This document shows positions 35,769 to 45,037 of a stretch of 64,000 nt of DNA, piece by piece; position 1 is the first letter of the stretch, and each line of letters begins with the position of its first letter. The notes beneath the pieces were generated by a model. It worked only from the letters and a program-made list of their open reading frames with translations. It was not told the origin of the DNA and ran no database searches. Both the position numbers and the translations under genes were made by a program. Source of the DNA: an uncultured Pseudomonadales bacterium (GTDB lineage: Bacteria; Patescibacteriota; Microgenomatia; UBA1400; UBA12108); NCBI GenBank assembly GCA_964349305.1, contig CAYGFS010000001.1:15209-79208 (forward strand), written 5' to 3'.

Positions 35769-36849
35769 AGACCTCCAAGATATTTTTTGCGGTTGATTCC
35801 CAGGTAAATTGACTGGCTTGCTTGAGCCCACGAACTTTGAGAGTGGCATGGCTGGCAAGGGCGGTGGTGATGCCTAGTCTGATAGAGTCGATGTCGAGTG
35901 GATTGACGAGAATAGCGGCTTCGCCCGCAATTTCGGGGAGAGATGAGAGACTCGAGGTGACGACCGGCGTACCACAGGCCATGGCTTCGAGCACGGGGAA
36001 ACCAAAGCCTTCATAAAGTGAGGGGAAAGCAAAGACACTGGCGCCGCTATAGAGCCCGGGTAAGTCAGACTCGGGGACAAAACCTAACGCAATCACACCC
36101 GGTGTGTGGGAGCCCTTCACACCGGGTGTGTCGGGTACACCCCAGCCGTGCTTGCCCACAATGACAAGCGGCAGCTCCTGACCTTTGGCGGCTTCGGCTA
36201 AACGGTCAATATTTTTGCGAGGTTCTTGAGTACCTAATGAGAGAATATATTTTTCTGGTAACTTATATTTAGTTTTCACTCGATCTATTTCTTCCTTCGA
36301 TTGAGACAAATATTGTGGAGATACACCTGGATAAACTACGTCAATGCGCAGCGGTGAGAGATTGTATATTTCCACTAGATCATTTTTTGTACTCATTGAA
36401 TCTGCGATAATATGAGTGTCGGAACTGACAATCTTTTTGAGCCGTCTAGTTTGGGTTCCCAGGATGAGCGAGTCAACGGTCTCGGGATATTTGACAAATA
36501 CTAGGTCGTGAACGGTCGTGACAATTTTGGCTTTGGCACTGGGCTGGCTCCAATCCGATGCGTGTACCAAATCGACCGCGCCGGTTAAGAGCTCAAACGG
36601 AATCGAGGTATCGTTTAAGGCATAACCGGCTAGTTTAGGCGGAAGCGGGAAAATCTTCCAGGTAGCTTTGTCCCAGGGTGAGGTCTGACTGAGCCGCGTA
36701 AAAAATGCACGCTGGCGGAGCGTGCCGGCATAGAGCACAAATTCGTGAGGTGAATTTGAGTTTAATAATGCTTCGGTTAAACCCTTCACATATCTGGCTA
36801 CCCCAGTCCCTTCGTAACACATCTGAGAAACGTCGATCGCGATTTTCAT
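35743..36849 (-). CDS. glycosyltransferase family 4 (carries family-A palindromic insertion encoding TPGVKGSHTPGV)
   Basis: MKIAIDVSQMCYEGTGVARYV... C-terminal PSLYEGFGFPVLEAMACGTPVV. Confidence 0.8.
   Translation of the reverse strand: MKIAIDVSQMCYEGTGVARYVKGLTEALLNSNSPHEFVLYAGTLRQRAFFTRLSQTSPWDKATWKIFPLPPKLAGYALNDTSIPFELLTGAVDLVHASDWSQPSAKAKIVTTVHDLVFVKYPETVDSLILGTQTRRLKKIVSSDTHIIADSMSTKNDLVEIYNLSPLRIDVVYPGVSPQYLSQSKEEIDRVKTKYKLPEKYILSLGTQEPRKNIDRLAEAAKGQELPLVIVGKHGWGVPDTPGVKGSHTPGVIALGFVPESDLPGLYSGASVFAFPSLYEGFGFPVLEAMACGTPVVTSSLSSLPEIAGEAAILVNPLDIDSIRLGITTALASHATLKVRGLKQASQFTWESTAKNILEVYEKIANRH
36094..36130. repeat. family-A in-frame palindromic element copy A2 (CACACCCGGTGTG-TGGGAGCCCTT-CACACCGGGTGTG)
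   Basis: Same loop as copy A1 at 10952-10988. Both 13-bp arms differ from A1 at two positions yet remain perfectly complementary. Coordinates +/-2. Confidence 0.75.
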
Positions 36850-36852
36850 GAC

Positions 36853-38175
36853 TTATTGCTCATATATATCTACCTGGATGCCCGAGTAAACCTGCTGCTT
36901 GCTAATAGTATACCCAGAACGCTCAAAGTTTGCCCGACCGAGCCTGTGCACATCAAAGAGATCCTCGGCGTAGCGGATATAGTATACCCGCGCACCACTT
37001 AAATCCTCGTGACTGGGCTCGATGATTGGTCGAGTAATTGAGTAATAGAGTAACGGGGCAGATTGTGCACGAGAGGGCATCGCCAATGATGCCCCAACTG
37101 GTAAATCTTGAACCAGGGCCCGCCAATCTTCCCGGTGATAGCGGGGAGAAAACCAGAAGATTACCAAACATACTAACTGAATAACGACTAACATACTAGC
37201 GAATTTGGTAGATGCATGCTCAGAGCCGATTGCGAGGAGCAATAGGTAGGCGGGCAAAACAAAGAGGACGCGGAAATAGGAGTATACCGGTATTACTCCG
37301 GCTGTGATCAACCCCAAAATAACGGGGAAGACTGCCCACATGAGCAATATAAGATATTTTTTATAGTTGAGTCGGCGCAAAATATGGAGATGTAAAACCG
37401 CCATAACGGCGACGAGCGCAGCGTAGAGCCATTTGTTGTCAAAACCAATCCGACCGATATTGAATTTGACCCAAGTGAGTGGCAGTGATTTCCAGGTCAG
37501 ACCGCCGACCACTTGGCTCCACTCAGGACTACTGGTCATAGTCGAGCGGCCGATGTCCAAAGAAGCGATAAATGAAGGGAGCCAAAATAGCAGTGTAAGG
37601 GCAGAGCCTATTTGGATGGTGAGTAGATCAGAGCGCTTTTGCCAAATGACATAAATCCCTTGCGCGAGGAGAGCGAACCAAGAGAGATACGACGTCCAGA
37701 GAAATGCGGTAGTAAATAGAAGATAGGAGATAGATGCTAGTTTAGATGCATTTTTGTCTTTAACTAATTGAATAAAGTAGTAGAAGCTGGCCGTGACCAG
37801 GAAAGCCGTCAGAGCATAGGTGCGTCCCTCTTGGGAGTAGTAAATAAGGAGAGGATTGGTGGCGGCAAGGAGCCCAGCGATGAGGCCTACTTTGCGGCTG
37901 CCAACCAACTCCCCGATTTTGGCCACAAAATAAACGGTTAATACTCCGGCAAGCAGCGAGGGTAAGCGGAGGACAAGCTCGCTATAACCAAACAGCTGAG
38001 TGGTGGCGTAGCCAAGGAAATGGTAGAGCGGCGGCTGATAATCGGCCAGGGCGTACGAGAGGAGCGGGCCCATCCGACCCATGAGTGCTAGAGCCTGGAT
38101 AGCCTCGTCCAACCACAATGACTGGTTGATGAGCACTAGGCGAAGAAATAAGGCTAAAGCCAGGATATAACCCAT
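36853..38175 (-). CDS. polytopic membrane glycosyltransferase, GT-C superfamily (PMT/ArnT-like)
   Basis: 440 aa, about 11 TM helices, N-terminal LWLDEA motif (DE acidic loop typical of GT-C enzymes). Confidence 0.55.
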   Translation of the reverse strand: MGYILALALFLRLVLINQSLWLDEAIQALALMGRMGPLLSYALADYQPPLYHFLGYATTQLFGYSELVLRLPSLLAGVLTVYFVAKIGELVGSRKVGLIAGLLAATNPLLIYYSQEGRTYALTAFLVTASFYYFIQLVKDKNASKLASISYLLFTTAFLWTSYLSWFALLAQGIYVIWQKRSDLLTIQIGSALTLLFWLPSFIASLDIGRSTMTSSPEWSQVVGGLTWKSLPLTWVKFNIGRIGFDNKWLYAALVAVMAVLHLHILRRLNYKKYLILLMWAVFPVILGLITAGVIPVYSYFRVLFVLPAYLLLLAIGSEHASTKFASMLVVIQLVCLVIFWFSPRYHREDWRALVQDLPVGASLAMPSRAQSAPLLYYSITRPIIEPSHEDLSGARVYYIRYAEDLFDVHRLGRANFERSGYTISKQQVYSGIQVDIYEQ

Positions 38176-38210
38176 ACCACAATTGTACCAGGCCAGTGTA
38201 GTATTGAGTT

Positions 38211-39833
38211 ATGAAACATATCGTGAGATCGTTTGTGGCTCTGGCTATCCTCCTTATTTTGAGTTTCTTTATGCGGGACCTGGCGAGACCTGGACTCCCA
38301 ATGCTGCACGATAGCAACCCGCATATTTCGCGCATGATTGCCTTTCACACTGCCCTAGAAGACGGACAGTTCCCGCCGATGTGGGCAAAGGAAATGCTGG
38401 GTGGGATCGGCTCGCCAGTGATGATGCTCAACTACCAGCTCCCCTATTTTATGACAGAAGGCTTGGTCAGGATGGGACTGTCAGTTTTTGACAGTTACAA
38501 AGCAGTCCTTGGACTATCTTTTGTTGTGTCCGGGATACTGATGTATCTGGCGCTCGTGGGTAAGTATGGCCACCTGGCGGCCTGGGTTGGAGCCATGATC
38601 TATACGCTCGCACCCTACCGGTTTGTAGATATCTTTGTGCGGGGAGCACTGGGTGAATCCATCTCTTTTATTTTTCCTCCCCTTTTGATCTACGGTTTTT
38701 TGCACAAATCGACACCTATCATGGTTTTGGGTTGGGCCGGGTTGTTTTTGACTCACCCCGTGGCGGCTGCTACTTTTTCGGCGTTTTTCTTGGGCTATAC
38801 TTTGATGTTTGGGGGCAGTCATAGTTTGACGGCTAAACTGAAATATTTCTTTGGTCCATATTTTGTGGCTTTGGCTATCGCCATGTTCAATTTGCTGCCT
38901 ACGATCGCGCTGACTAAATATACGTATTACGATCCGAGTCTGTCAGATACTCTGCTGATGTTTCCGACACTCAATCAGTTGATATCCTCACCGTGGGGAT
39001 ACGGAGTCTCACTGCCGGGTACAAATGACGGAATGTCGTTTTCCCTAGGATTCGTAGCCTGGATAATACTGATAGGTGGGAGTATTTGGGCGATAGTTAG
39101 GAAAGATAAATTGATCGGATATTTGAGCACAGCATCCTGGCTGAGCCTGTTGCTAATCCTCCCGATCAGTCTACCGATCTATAAATTGTTCCTGGGACAG
39201 ATTATTGATTTCCCTTGGAGACTTTTGCTGTGTTTGGTATTTGCCGCAGCATGGATGGGGGCGATGCTAAGTAGCAAGATTCTAGATGCTAGATTCCAGT
39301 GGGGACTAGCTGCATTAATCACACTGATTCTCTTGGGGTCGTCACTGCCGATGGCACATACCAATACTTATTGGAGCAGCGATAAAGATACAACTTTTTT
39401 TGCGCGAGAGACAGGAGACAGCTACGGTGAGTATGCACCGCTCACGCGCGTGACCCGAGATAGTGCGCCATTTTGGCTGAGAGCGGAGTTTGTAGAAGGG
39501 AGTGGTGAGATCGCCACAATCAATAACCAATCCAATAGGCAGAAATATCAAGTACTGACTGAGACCGGCGGCAAGGTGCGGATTAATACAGCGTATTTCC
39601 CGGGCTGGAATATACCGGACAACTGCCAAGTTTCGAAGAGAACTTTGAGTCACATCGATGATTCGGGTCTAATAATCTGTGAAGTACCGCGCGGCGACTC
39701 CACTTTGGAAATTAAGTTTACGACCCCCCCTGTGCAGCGAGTCTCTAATCTGATAACATTGCTGGGAATAGGAGCATTTATATGGATTTTGTTTCGGTCA
39801 TTTTACCCACCTTTAACGAGCGCGAAGCGATAG
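38211..39833 (+). CDS. polytopic membrane protein, probable GT-C-type glycosyltransferase (YfhO/PTPS-related-like)
   Basis: 540 aa, 10 or more TM helices then a C-terminal beta-rich extracytoplasmic domain. Divergent from the 36853..38175 gene across a 35-bp spacer. 3' end overlaps the next gene by about 50 nt. Confidence 0.5.
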   Translation: MKHIVRSFVALAILLILSFFMRDLARPGLPMLHDSNPHISRMIAFHTALEDGQFPPMWAKEMLGGIGSPVMMLNYQLPYFMTEGLVRMGLSVFDSYKAVLGLSFVVSGILMYLALVGKYGHLAAWVGAMIYTLAPYRFVDIFVRGALGESISFIFPPLLIYGFLHKSTPIMVLGWAGLFLTHPVAAATFSAFFLGYTLMFGGSHSLTAKLKYFFGPYFVALAIAMFNLLPTIALTKYTYYDPSLSDTLLMFPTLNQLISSPWGYGVSLPGTNDGMSFSLGFVAWIILIGGSIWAIVRKDKLIGYLSTASWLSLLLILPISLPIYKLFLGQIIDFPWRLLLCLVFAAAWMGAMLSSKILDARFQWGLAALITLILLGSSLPMAHTNTYWSSDKDTTFFARETGDSYGEYAPLTRVTRDSAPFWLRAEFVEGSGEIATINNQSNRQKYQVLTETGGKVRINTAYFPGWNIPDNCQVSKRTLSHIDDSGLIICEVPRGDSTLEIKFTTPPVQRVSNLITLLGIGAFIWILFRSFYPPLTSAKR

Positions 39834-40480
39834 TTCCCCACGCCCAGCACGTATCCAAAGTGCTGAGCAAAGCTGGATACAAACATGAAGTGCTGGTGGT
39901 AGATGATGACTCTCCCGATGGTACTGCCGAAGTGGTGAGAGCAGCGGGTAAAAAAAATCCCAATATCAAAGTGCTCGTGCGCAAATCCAACCACGGTTTG
40001 GGCCTATCGATTGGGGACGGAGTAAGGAAAGCTAAAGGCAATATCATAATTGGGATGGATGCCGATGGCAACCATGATCCCGAGGATATGCCCAATATGC
40101 TCAAGCATTTGACTGGAGAACGACGACTAGTGATCGCCTCGAGGTTTAAGGGTAATGGTGGTATGTCTGGGTGGCGGATGCTGCCGACTTTCCTGTTTAA
40201 CGGCATGTTTAGATTGTTTGGGCTGCCTATCTGGGACAACACCAGTGGTTATTACGCTGTCCGTAAAACTGACTTAGAACAGCTTGGGTTAGCGCGAATT
40301 TACTACGGCTATGGTGATTACCATTTGAGACTTGTATTTTATGCCGCCCAGGCCGGATGGAAAATGATCGAGGTGCCAACTACCTACCAGGCCAGGCTGG
40401 GAGGACAGTCAAAATCGAAACTGCTCAAGATGGCGGTAGAGTACACCAAGGAGGCTGCGAGATTGAGATTTGGTCAGTGA
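39782..40480 (+). CDS. GT2 polyprenyl-phosphate glycosyltransferase (DPM1/ArnC/GtrB-like)
   Basis: VSVILPTFNEREAI...VLVVDDDSPDGT...MDADGNHDPEDM, about 230 aa, DPM1-like architecture. Confidence 0.8.
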   Translation: MDFVSVILPTFNEREAIVPHAQHVSKVLSKAGYKHEVLVVDDDSPDGTAEVVRAAGKKNPNIKVLVRKSNHGLGLSIGDGVRKAKGNIIIGMDADGNHDPEDMPNMLKHLTGERRLVIASRFKGNGGMSGWRMLPTFLFNGMFRLFGLPIWDNTSGYYAVRKTDLEQLGLARIYYGYGDYHLRLVFYAAQAGWKMIEVPTTYQARLGGQSKSKLLKMAVEYTKEAARLRFGQ

Positions 40481-40497
40481 ATGATATAATATAGGAC

Positions 40498-41010
40498 ATG
40501 AGTTTAGATCTTAGGGAAGCGAAAGCACAATTAAAACAGTCTTTGCATAATGAAGAGTTGGTTGCTGGATTATCAAATTCTTGCGAAGATCTCGACCCAT
40601 TATTGTTCTGGATTATGGGGGATGCAATCGGAATGGCGATGCTAAAGTCAGATTCAAAAGAAATATATAATTTTGTGGTAGGTTTGCAAGGTACTTTATT
40701 TAGTGGTAGCTGGGATTCACCAAAGAATATACATGAAGAGCAAATTGAACTTTTTTCAGATCAGGCAAAACAACGAATCGGTGCGGATAGGATCACTAGA
40801 GAAAATGTAGAAATTCGCTTATCTGAGATGAACTTAACTGATCTGTTGGTAATATTATATGAGCTAAGAACTTTTTCTATAGAAGATAGTACAAGAAAAA
40901 GAGTGGTTAGAAATATCGGTAAAACTATTAGAAATGAAAAAGGGCTTGAAAAATTAAGTGTACCCATTAAATACCTCAAGAAGATTATAGGTGACGAAAC
41001 TTATAACTAG
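40498..41010 (+). CDS. hypothetical protein, AT-rich orphan gene
   Basis: 170-aa ORF whose DNA is clearly more AT-rich than its flanks. No recognisable motifs. Confidence 0.4.
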   Translation: MSLDLREAKAQLKQSLHNEELVAGLSNSCEDLDPLLFWIMGDAIGMAMLKSDSKEIYNFVVGLQGTLFSGSWDSPKNIHEEQIELFSDQAKQRIGADRITRENVEIRLSEMNLTDLLVILYELRTFSIEDSTRKRVVRNIGKTIRNEKGLEKLSVPIKYLKKIIGDETYN

Positions 41011-41021
41011 TGCGCCACTAA

Positions 41022-41882
41022 TTATTTTGATAGTTTTCCAGTTAACAACATCTCGGTAATCCCAACAAAGCGACCGAAATCGTAGATTATTTTATAAATT
41101 AAGAAGAGAGGCTCATTGGGAGATTTGATCATTCCTAGGACTAGCGAAATGGGCATGGACGTGCGGGTGAGGGCGTAGAAGCTACCAAGGAGTCCGTATT
41201 TGTATGGCCGCTTGGCAGACCAGCGAGCCTGGCGGAAGACGGCTCCGAGCGTACCGGGATTGTGGTGGTAACAGATAGCGCGGGTGGCCAGTGGGCGCAC
41301 GCCGAGCTTATTAAACAAGCTCCAGGTATCGGTATAGCCGATGTTATCGAACCCCCCTACCCTGTCAAATTCGGATTTGAGGATGGCGCGAAAATCGGTG
41401 CCGTACGTGGGAGGGCCTGCCTGCGCAGGCAGGTTCGGTGGAAACCTTTTTTTGTCTTCCCACCCCTCTTCAATATTGAGACAGCGCGCCCAGACGTTGT
41501 CCCAATTGGCTACTCGCTCTTCCATGGTATATGTCCCGATCGCTTTCTTTGACTGAATTGGCTGGATTAAATCTTTAACATAATCTTTATCAAAAACCAT
41601 GTCGGCATCGACAAATAATAGGATGTCTGATTGCGCATGACTAGCACCCAAGTTGCGGGCGAGGGCCGGACCGCCATGGTTTTGTTTAATTAAAGTATAT
41701 TTGCGATCACCCATTACTTCGATAATTCGAATTATCGTAGTATCGGTACTACCATCGTCGACGACGATGACTTCGATTGGGACGGACTGCATAAGTAAAG
41801 ACTCTAGACAGGCTTGAATCGTTGACTCTGAGTTGTAAGCCGCGAGGATAGCAGAAGCAACTAATTTATTTGATGAGGTCAT
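41022..41882 (-). CDS. glycosyltransferase family 2
   Basis: ASAILAAYNSESTI...[12 protein letters not shown]...FVDADMVF. Contains the 18-bp perfect palindrome CCTGCCTGCGCAGGCAGG (41413-41430) in-frame (NLPAQAGPP). Confidence 0.8.
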   Translation of the reverse strand: MTSSNKLVASAILAAYNSESTIQACLESLLMQSVPIEVIVVDDGSTDTTIIRIIEVMGDRKYTLIKQNHGGPALARNLGASHAQSDILLFVDADMVFDKDYVKDLIQPIQSKKAIGTYTMEERVANWDNVWARCLNIEEGWEDKKRFPPNLPAQAGPPTYGTDFRAILKSEFDRVGGFDNIGYTDTWSLFNKLGVRPLATRAICYHHNPGTLGAVFRQARWSAKRPYKYGLLGSFYALTRTSMPISLVLGMIKSPNEPLFLIYKIIYDFGRFVGITEMLLTGKLSK

Positions 41883-42933
41883 GAAACTCCTGACTAATTT
41901 GTTTGACCACTGATTTTAACGCGTATGGTTTGAGCTGTGCGCCATAGTCGATTTTGCTGAGTGAGTGAGCTTGCTTGATCCCCTCGACGATGGCTGTGAT
42001 ATTGTGCGGATCGACATAGATACCCTGGTTGCCGATGATGTCACGACGGATGGGGTCGTCTGAGGCCACGATGGGGAGACCGGCAGCCATCGCTTCAAGG
42101 TACACCATCCCAAATGCTTCTTGAGGATCTGGTACAAAACAAAAGATATCACTGCCGCGATAGTAATCAGCTATCTCGCTATGTTCGACTTGTTTGATCC
42201 ATTTGAACTCACCGGGATAGTGACTGAGTTGCCTGGCAATATGACCCTGCTCTTCCCCGTCCCCCACTAAACAGAGTGATACTGACAGCTGGGAAGTGGC
42301 GGCAATCACCGAATCCACATTTTTGTATTTGGAAAGGGCGGAAACAGTGAGAACGACGGGGGACGGGAGTCCAGTAAGGGGTTTATGCTTGCCTCGGAAA
42401 GGTGTTGGATCGAACGGATTGGGGATATAGACGACTTTGGTGGATGAGGGAGCGATCCCACGAGCCCACACCTCTGCATCTGGTGTCAGAGCAACGAATA
42501 AATCTGGTATGGCGCGCAGGCTAGATTTGTCGTGATGACCAATACCGGCATGGCCAAAAGTGATTATCTTGGCCTGCAGGGCCTGGCCCTGCAGGATACG
42601 AACTTGGAGTGGACCGTTAATGGCTACGATAATGTCGGGCTTAAATAGAGCCAGCTGGGGAATGGAGGACTGGGTAAACTGGGCGACCAACCCACTCTCC
42701 TGGTCGACGTGGAGACGAAAAAGTAATTTCTCCCACATATTGCGGGGGGCAGAGGGCGGGATTTGACTAAGTGGGTTAACTCGTTTGACTAAGTAGGGCT
42801 TGGGCGATACAGGGCCTGATTGGATCATGAGGACGTCGTGATGTTTGGATAGTTCACTGGCGAGTTGATCGACCACGACCTCGCTACCTCTTTCGATAAG
42901 TCCCATGGTCATGTGCAAAAAAATTATTCTCAT
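41866..42933 (-). CDS. glycosyltransferase family 4
   Basis: C-terminal FGMVYLEAMAAGLPIVAS. Carries family-B element copy B2 encoding ILQGQALQA. Confidence 0.75.
   Translation of the reverse strand: MRIIFLHMTMGLIERGSEVVVDQLASELSKHHDVLMIQSGPVSPKPYLVKRVNPLSQIPPSAPRNMWEKLLFRLHVDQESGLVAQFTQSSIPQLALFKPDIIVAINGPLQVRILQGQALQAKIITFGHAGIGHHDKSSLRAIPDLFVALTPDAEVWARGIAPSSTKVVYIPNPFDPTPFRGKHKPLTGLPSPVVLTVSALSKYKNVDSVIAATSQLSVSLCLVGDGEEQGHIARQLSHYPGEFKWIKQVEHSEIADYYRGSDIFCFVPDPQEAFGMVYLEAMAAGLPIVASDDPIRRDIIGNQGIYVDPHNITAIVEGIKQAHSLSKIDYGAQLKPYALKSVVKQISQEFHDLIK
42573..42595. repeat. family-B in-frame palindromic element copy B2 (CCTGCAGGGCC-T-GGCCCTGCAGG), perfect 11-bp arms
   Basis: Near-identical (22/23) to copy B1 at 10492-10514 in murC. 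Confidence 0.7.
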
Positions 42934-43769
42934 AATTTTTTAGAATTAAGATTCAAGATTTTAGACGAAAGAAATCTTTTTGTTTGTTTGATTGGTGTAA
43001 TAATATAGGCTAAAGCTTCATATAGCATACTGCGATGAACCAGAGGATCTGGAACCAAATCAGGTCGAGGAAGTTTAAAAACTTCGGGCAGTGAACCCTC
43101 AATATTTATCCCCCGCTCAATTTTGTATTTACTGCGATTGAACATGGGCAGATTACCACCCATACTCGAGCGTTTTAAATACATGGCGTGATAGAGATAG
43201 GTCTGAGTGATATACCATTCTTTTGGATCATGGCTCAAAATAGAATAACCCTGTCCATCGTAAAATCCTTCGTTTGGGTAATCTCCCTGGTAAGCCAGTC
43301 CTTTGATTTTAGTTTTGTTGACTAGTCTGACGAGTAGGTGACCGTGATGACCAAACAAATTGTAACTCCCAACTGATTCGATTTGGCGGTGATAAACATC
43401 ACCCAGGAGATCAAACCGACGAACCACAATACCTTCATAGCGATCGGATTTGATGGCGGCAAGACATTCCTTGGCAGTATTATCGGGATAAACTTCGTCA
43501 CCGTCGACAATCCAAATCCATGATGTAGTCGTGAGGTCGAGCTGCTGTGATCTGATCGCTGTGACCTCTGCTGGTGTATTGGCAGTTGTTTGAGTGAGTT
43601 GGATTTTAGAAGACTTGATAGATTTAATCACTGCCACGGTATGGTCGGTAGAACCAGTATCGGTAATGAGAAACTTATCTACGTACGGAAGGATCGATTG
43701 GATCGCAAACCATACCCATTGATCTTCGTTTTTGACGATCATGTGAGCCGTGATTTGGGTAGCTGTCAT
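42930..43769 (-). CDS. glycosyltransferase family 2-like (GT-A)
   Basis: HMIVKNEDQWV...ITDTGSTDHT...WIVDGDEVY. GT-A/DxD architecture. Confidence 0.65.
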   Translation of the reverse strand: MTATQITAHMIVKNEDQWVWFAIQSILPYVDKFLITDTGSTDHTVAVIKSIKSSKIQLTQTTANTPAEVTAIRSQQLDLTTTSWIWIVDGDEVYPDNTAKECLAAIKSDRYEGIVVRRFDLLGDVYHRQIESVGSYNLFGHHGHLLVRLVNKTKIKGLAYQGDYPNEGFYDGQGYSILSHDPKEWYITQTYLYHAMYLKRSSMGGNLPMFNRSKYKIERGINIEGSLPEVFKLPRPDLVPDPLVHRSMLYEALAYIITPIKQTKRFLSSKILNLNSKKL

Positions 43770-45037
43770 AGCCTTTTATGACCCAGAAACTCTAGGTAAG
43801 TTTGGCGCACGTATAAAAGAGTAAAGGTGGTAACTGTGAGGCGGACGACAATCCTTACCATAGCAGCCCCGACCAGTCCATACTGCGGAATAAATAAGAG
43901 ATCTCCCACAATTAACACAACGGTTTGGATAATCCCTGTAATGGCATAGTACTGAGGTTTATCGAATAAATAGAAAAGCGCGATATAGGGTGAGGTCGCT
44001 CCGCTGATACCGGTGGCGAGCAACAATAATTGGAGCGGGAATGTACCAGAGAGATAAGCCGGCCCAATGGTCAAGTTAATGGCGAGACCCGCAAAGGGAA
44101 TGGTACAAATGAGCACAAACAAAACTAAGAGTGACAGCCGCCAAGCTTTGGACATATATTCTCTGAGATGTTTGGGATCACTGTACCGCGCCACCCGGAC
44201 ACTGAGAACCGAGCCGATCGACCAACCAATCACGCTGGCAAAAGTGGCAATGCGAGCGGCTCCAGACCAAATCCCGGTATCGTAGCTGCGCATAAAAGAC
44301 TGGACTATGAGCGTATCAACGTTGTCGGCGAGAGTAGCAGCGATGGCCGCAATGCTAGTCCATTTGGCAACACTCAGAATAATCCGCAGGTCTTTTTTCC
44401 AGGTATTTGGGAGCCTAAATGAAGAGAGGATCTGCCGATTCCATCCTAGTAAAGCACCAATGCCTGGCAGGAGACCATAAATCAAAAGCGCGCTCGTGGC
44501 GTGCAGCACTCCCTGCCAAATCAAAATCAACCCAAAGATAAGTTTGCCCAGTGCTTGGGCAATAGTAATCCGAGCCACCAGGGCAAAGCGGTGAGTTGAT
44601 TGCATGAGGGCCGTAGAATACTCAAAGAAGACCGTGCCAAGTGAAAGGACAAAGGCCAAACGGATTAAACTAATGTTCTCGAAATGGAGCAAAGTGTGAC
44701 TGATCCAGGGGGCTAGTATCCAGGCTGAGGTAATGGCGAGAGTAAAGCTAGCCAGTTTGAACCAAAGCGCGACTCGCATGAGCCTGTCAGCCAAGTCTCC
44801 GCTTTGATCGTGCACTCTCGCCACGGCCCGTTCAACGGCCATGTTGGTACCCAGGTCGGAGAGTCGTACCACAATTTGCATGGCCGCAAAAGCAGCGGAA
44901 AATAGTCCAAACTCCGTCGGCCCCATATAGCGCGAAAAAAGAATAAGGGCAATGGCGGAGGCGACCGTGCCAATAACATTACCAGACCCAAGCACAAAAA
45001 TGGATAATAACCCCGTCGATTTTACAAGTTGGGACAT
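43766..45037 (-). CDS. oligosaccharide/polysaccharide flippase, Wzx-like (MOP/PST family)
   Basis: 423 aa, about 12 TM helices, PST-family N-terminal pattern. Confidence 0.7.
   Translation of the reverse strand: MSQLVKSTGLLSIFVLGSGNVIGTVASAIALILFSRYMGPTEFGLFSAAFAAMQIVVRLSDLGTNMAVERAVARVHDQSGDLADRLMRVALWFKLASFTLAITSAWILAPWISHTLLHFENISLIRLAFVLSLGTVFFEYSTALMQSTHRFALVARITIAQALGKLIFGLILIWQGVLHATSALLIYGLLPGIGALLGWNRQILSSFRLPNTWKKDLRIILSVAKWTSIAAIAATLADNVDTLIVQSFMRSYDTGIWSGAARIATFASVIGWSIGSVLSVRVARYSDPKHLREYMSKAWRLSLLVLFVLICTIPFAGLAINLTIGPAYLSGTFPLQLLLLATGISGATSPYIALFYLFDKPQYYAITGIIQTVVLIVGDLLFIPQYGLVGAAMVRIVVRLTVTTFTLLYVRQTYLEFLGHKRL

Noticed and set aside
35744-35860. Apparent 1-nt discrepancy between my manual coordinate counting and ORF-track coordinates around 35.74-35.86 kb
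   Set aside because: Frames and translations agree with the ORF track, so the discrepancy is most likely a hand-counting error rather than a frameshift or pseudogene. ORF-track coordinates were kept, and the copy A2 position is flagged as +/-2 nt.
41000-41030. Search for rho-independent terminators at convergent junctions (41010/41022 and 54459-54462) and after operon ends
   Set aside because: Convergent genes are separated by 11 nt or overlap by 4 nt (CTAG). No GC hairpin followed by a T-run was found there or at 7388-7487 and 9811-9875, so no terminator features are reported.
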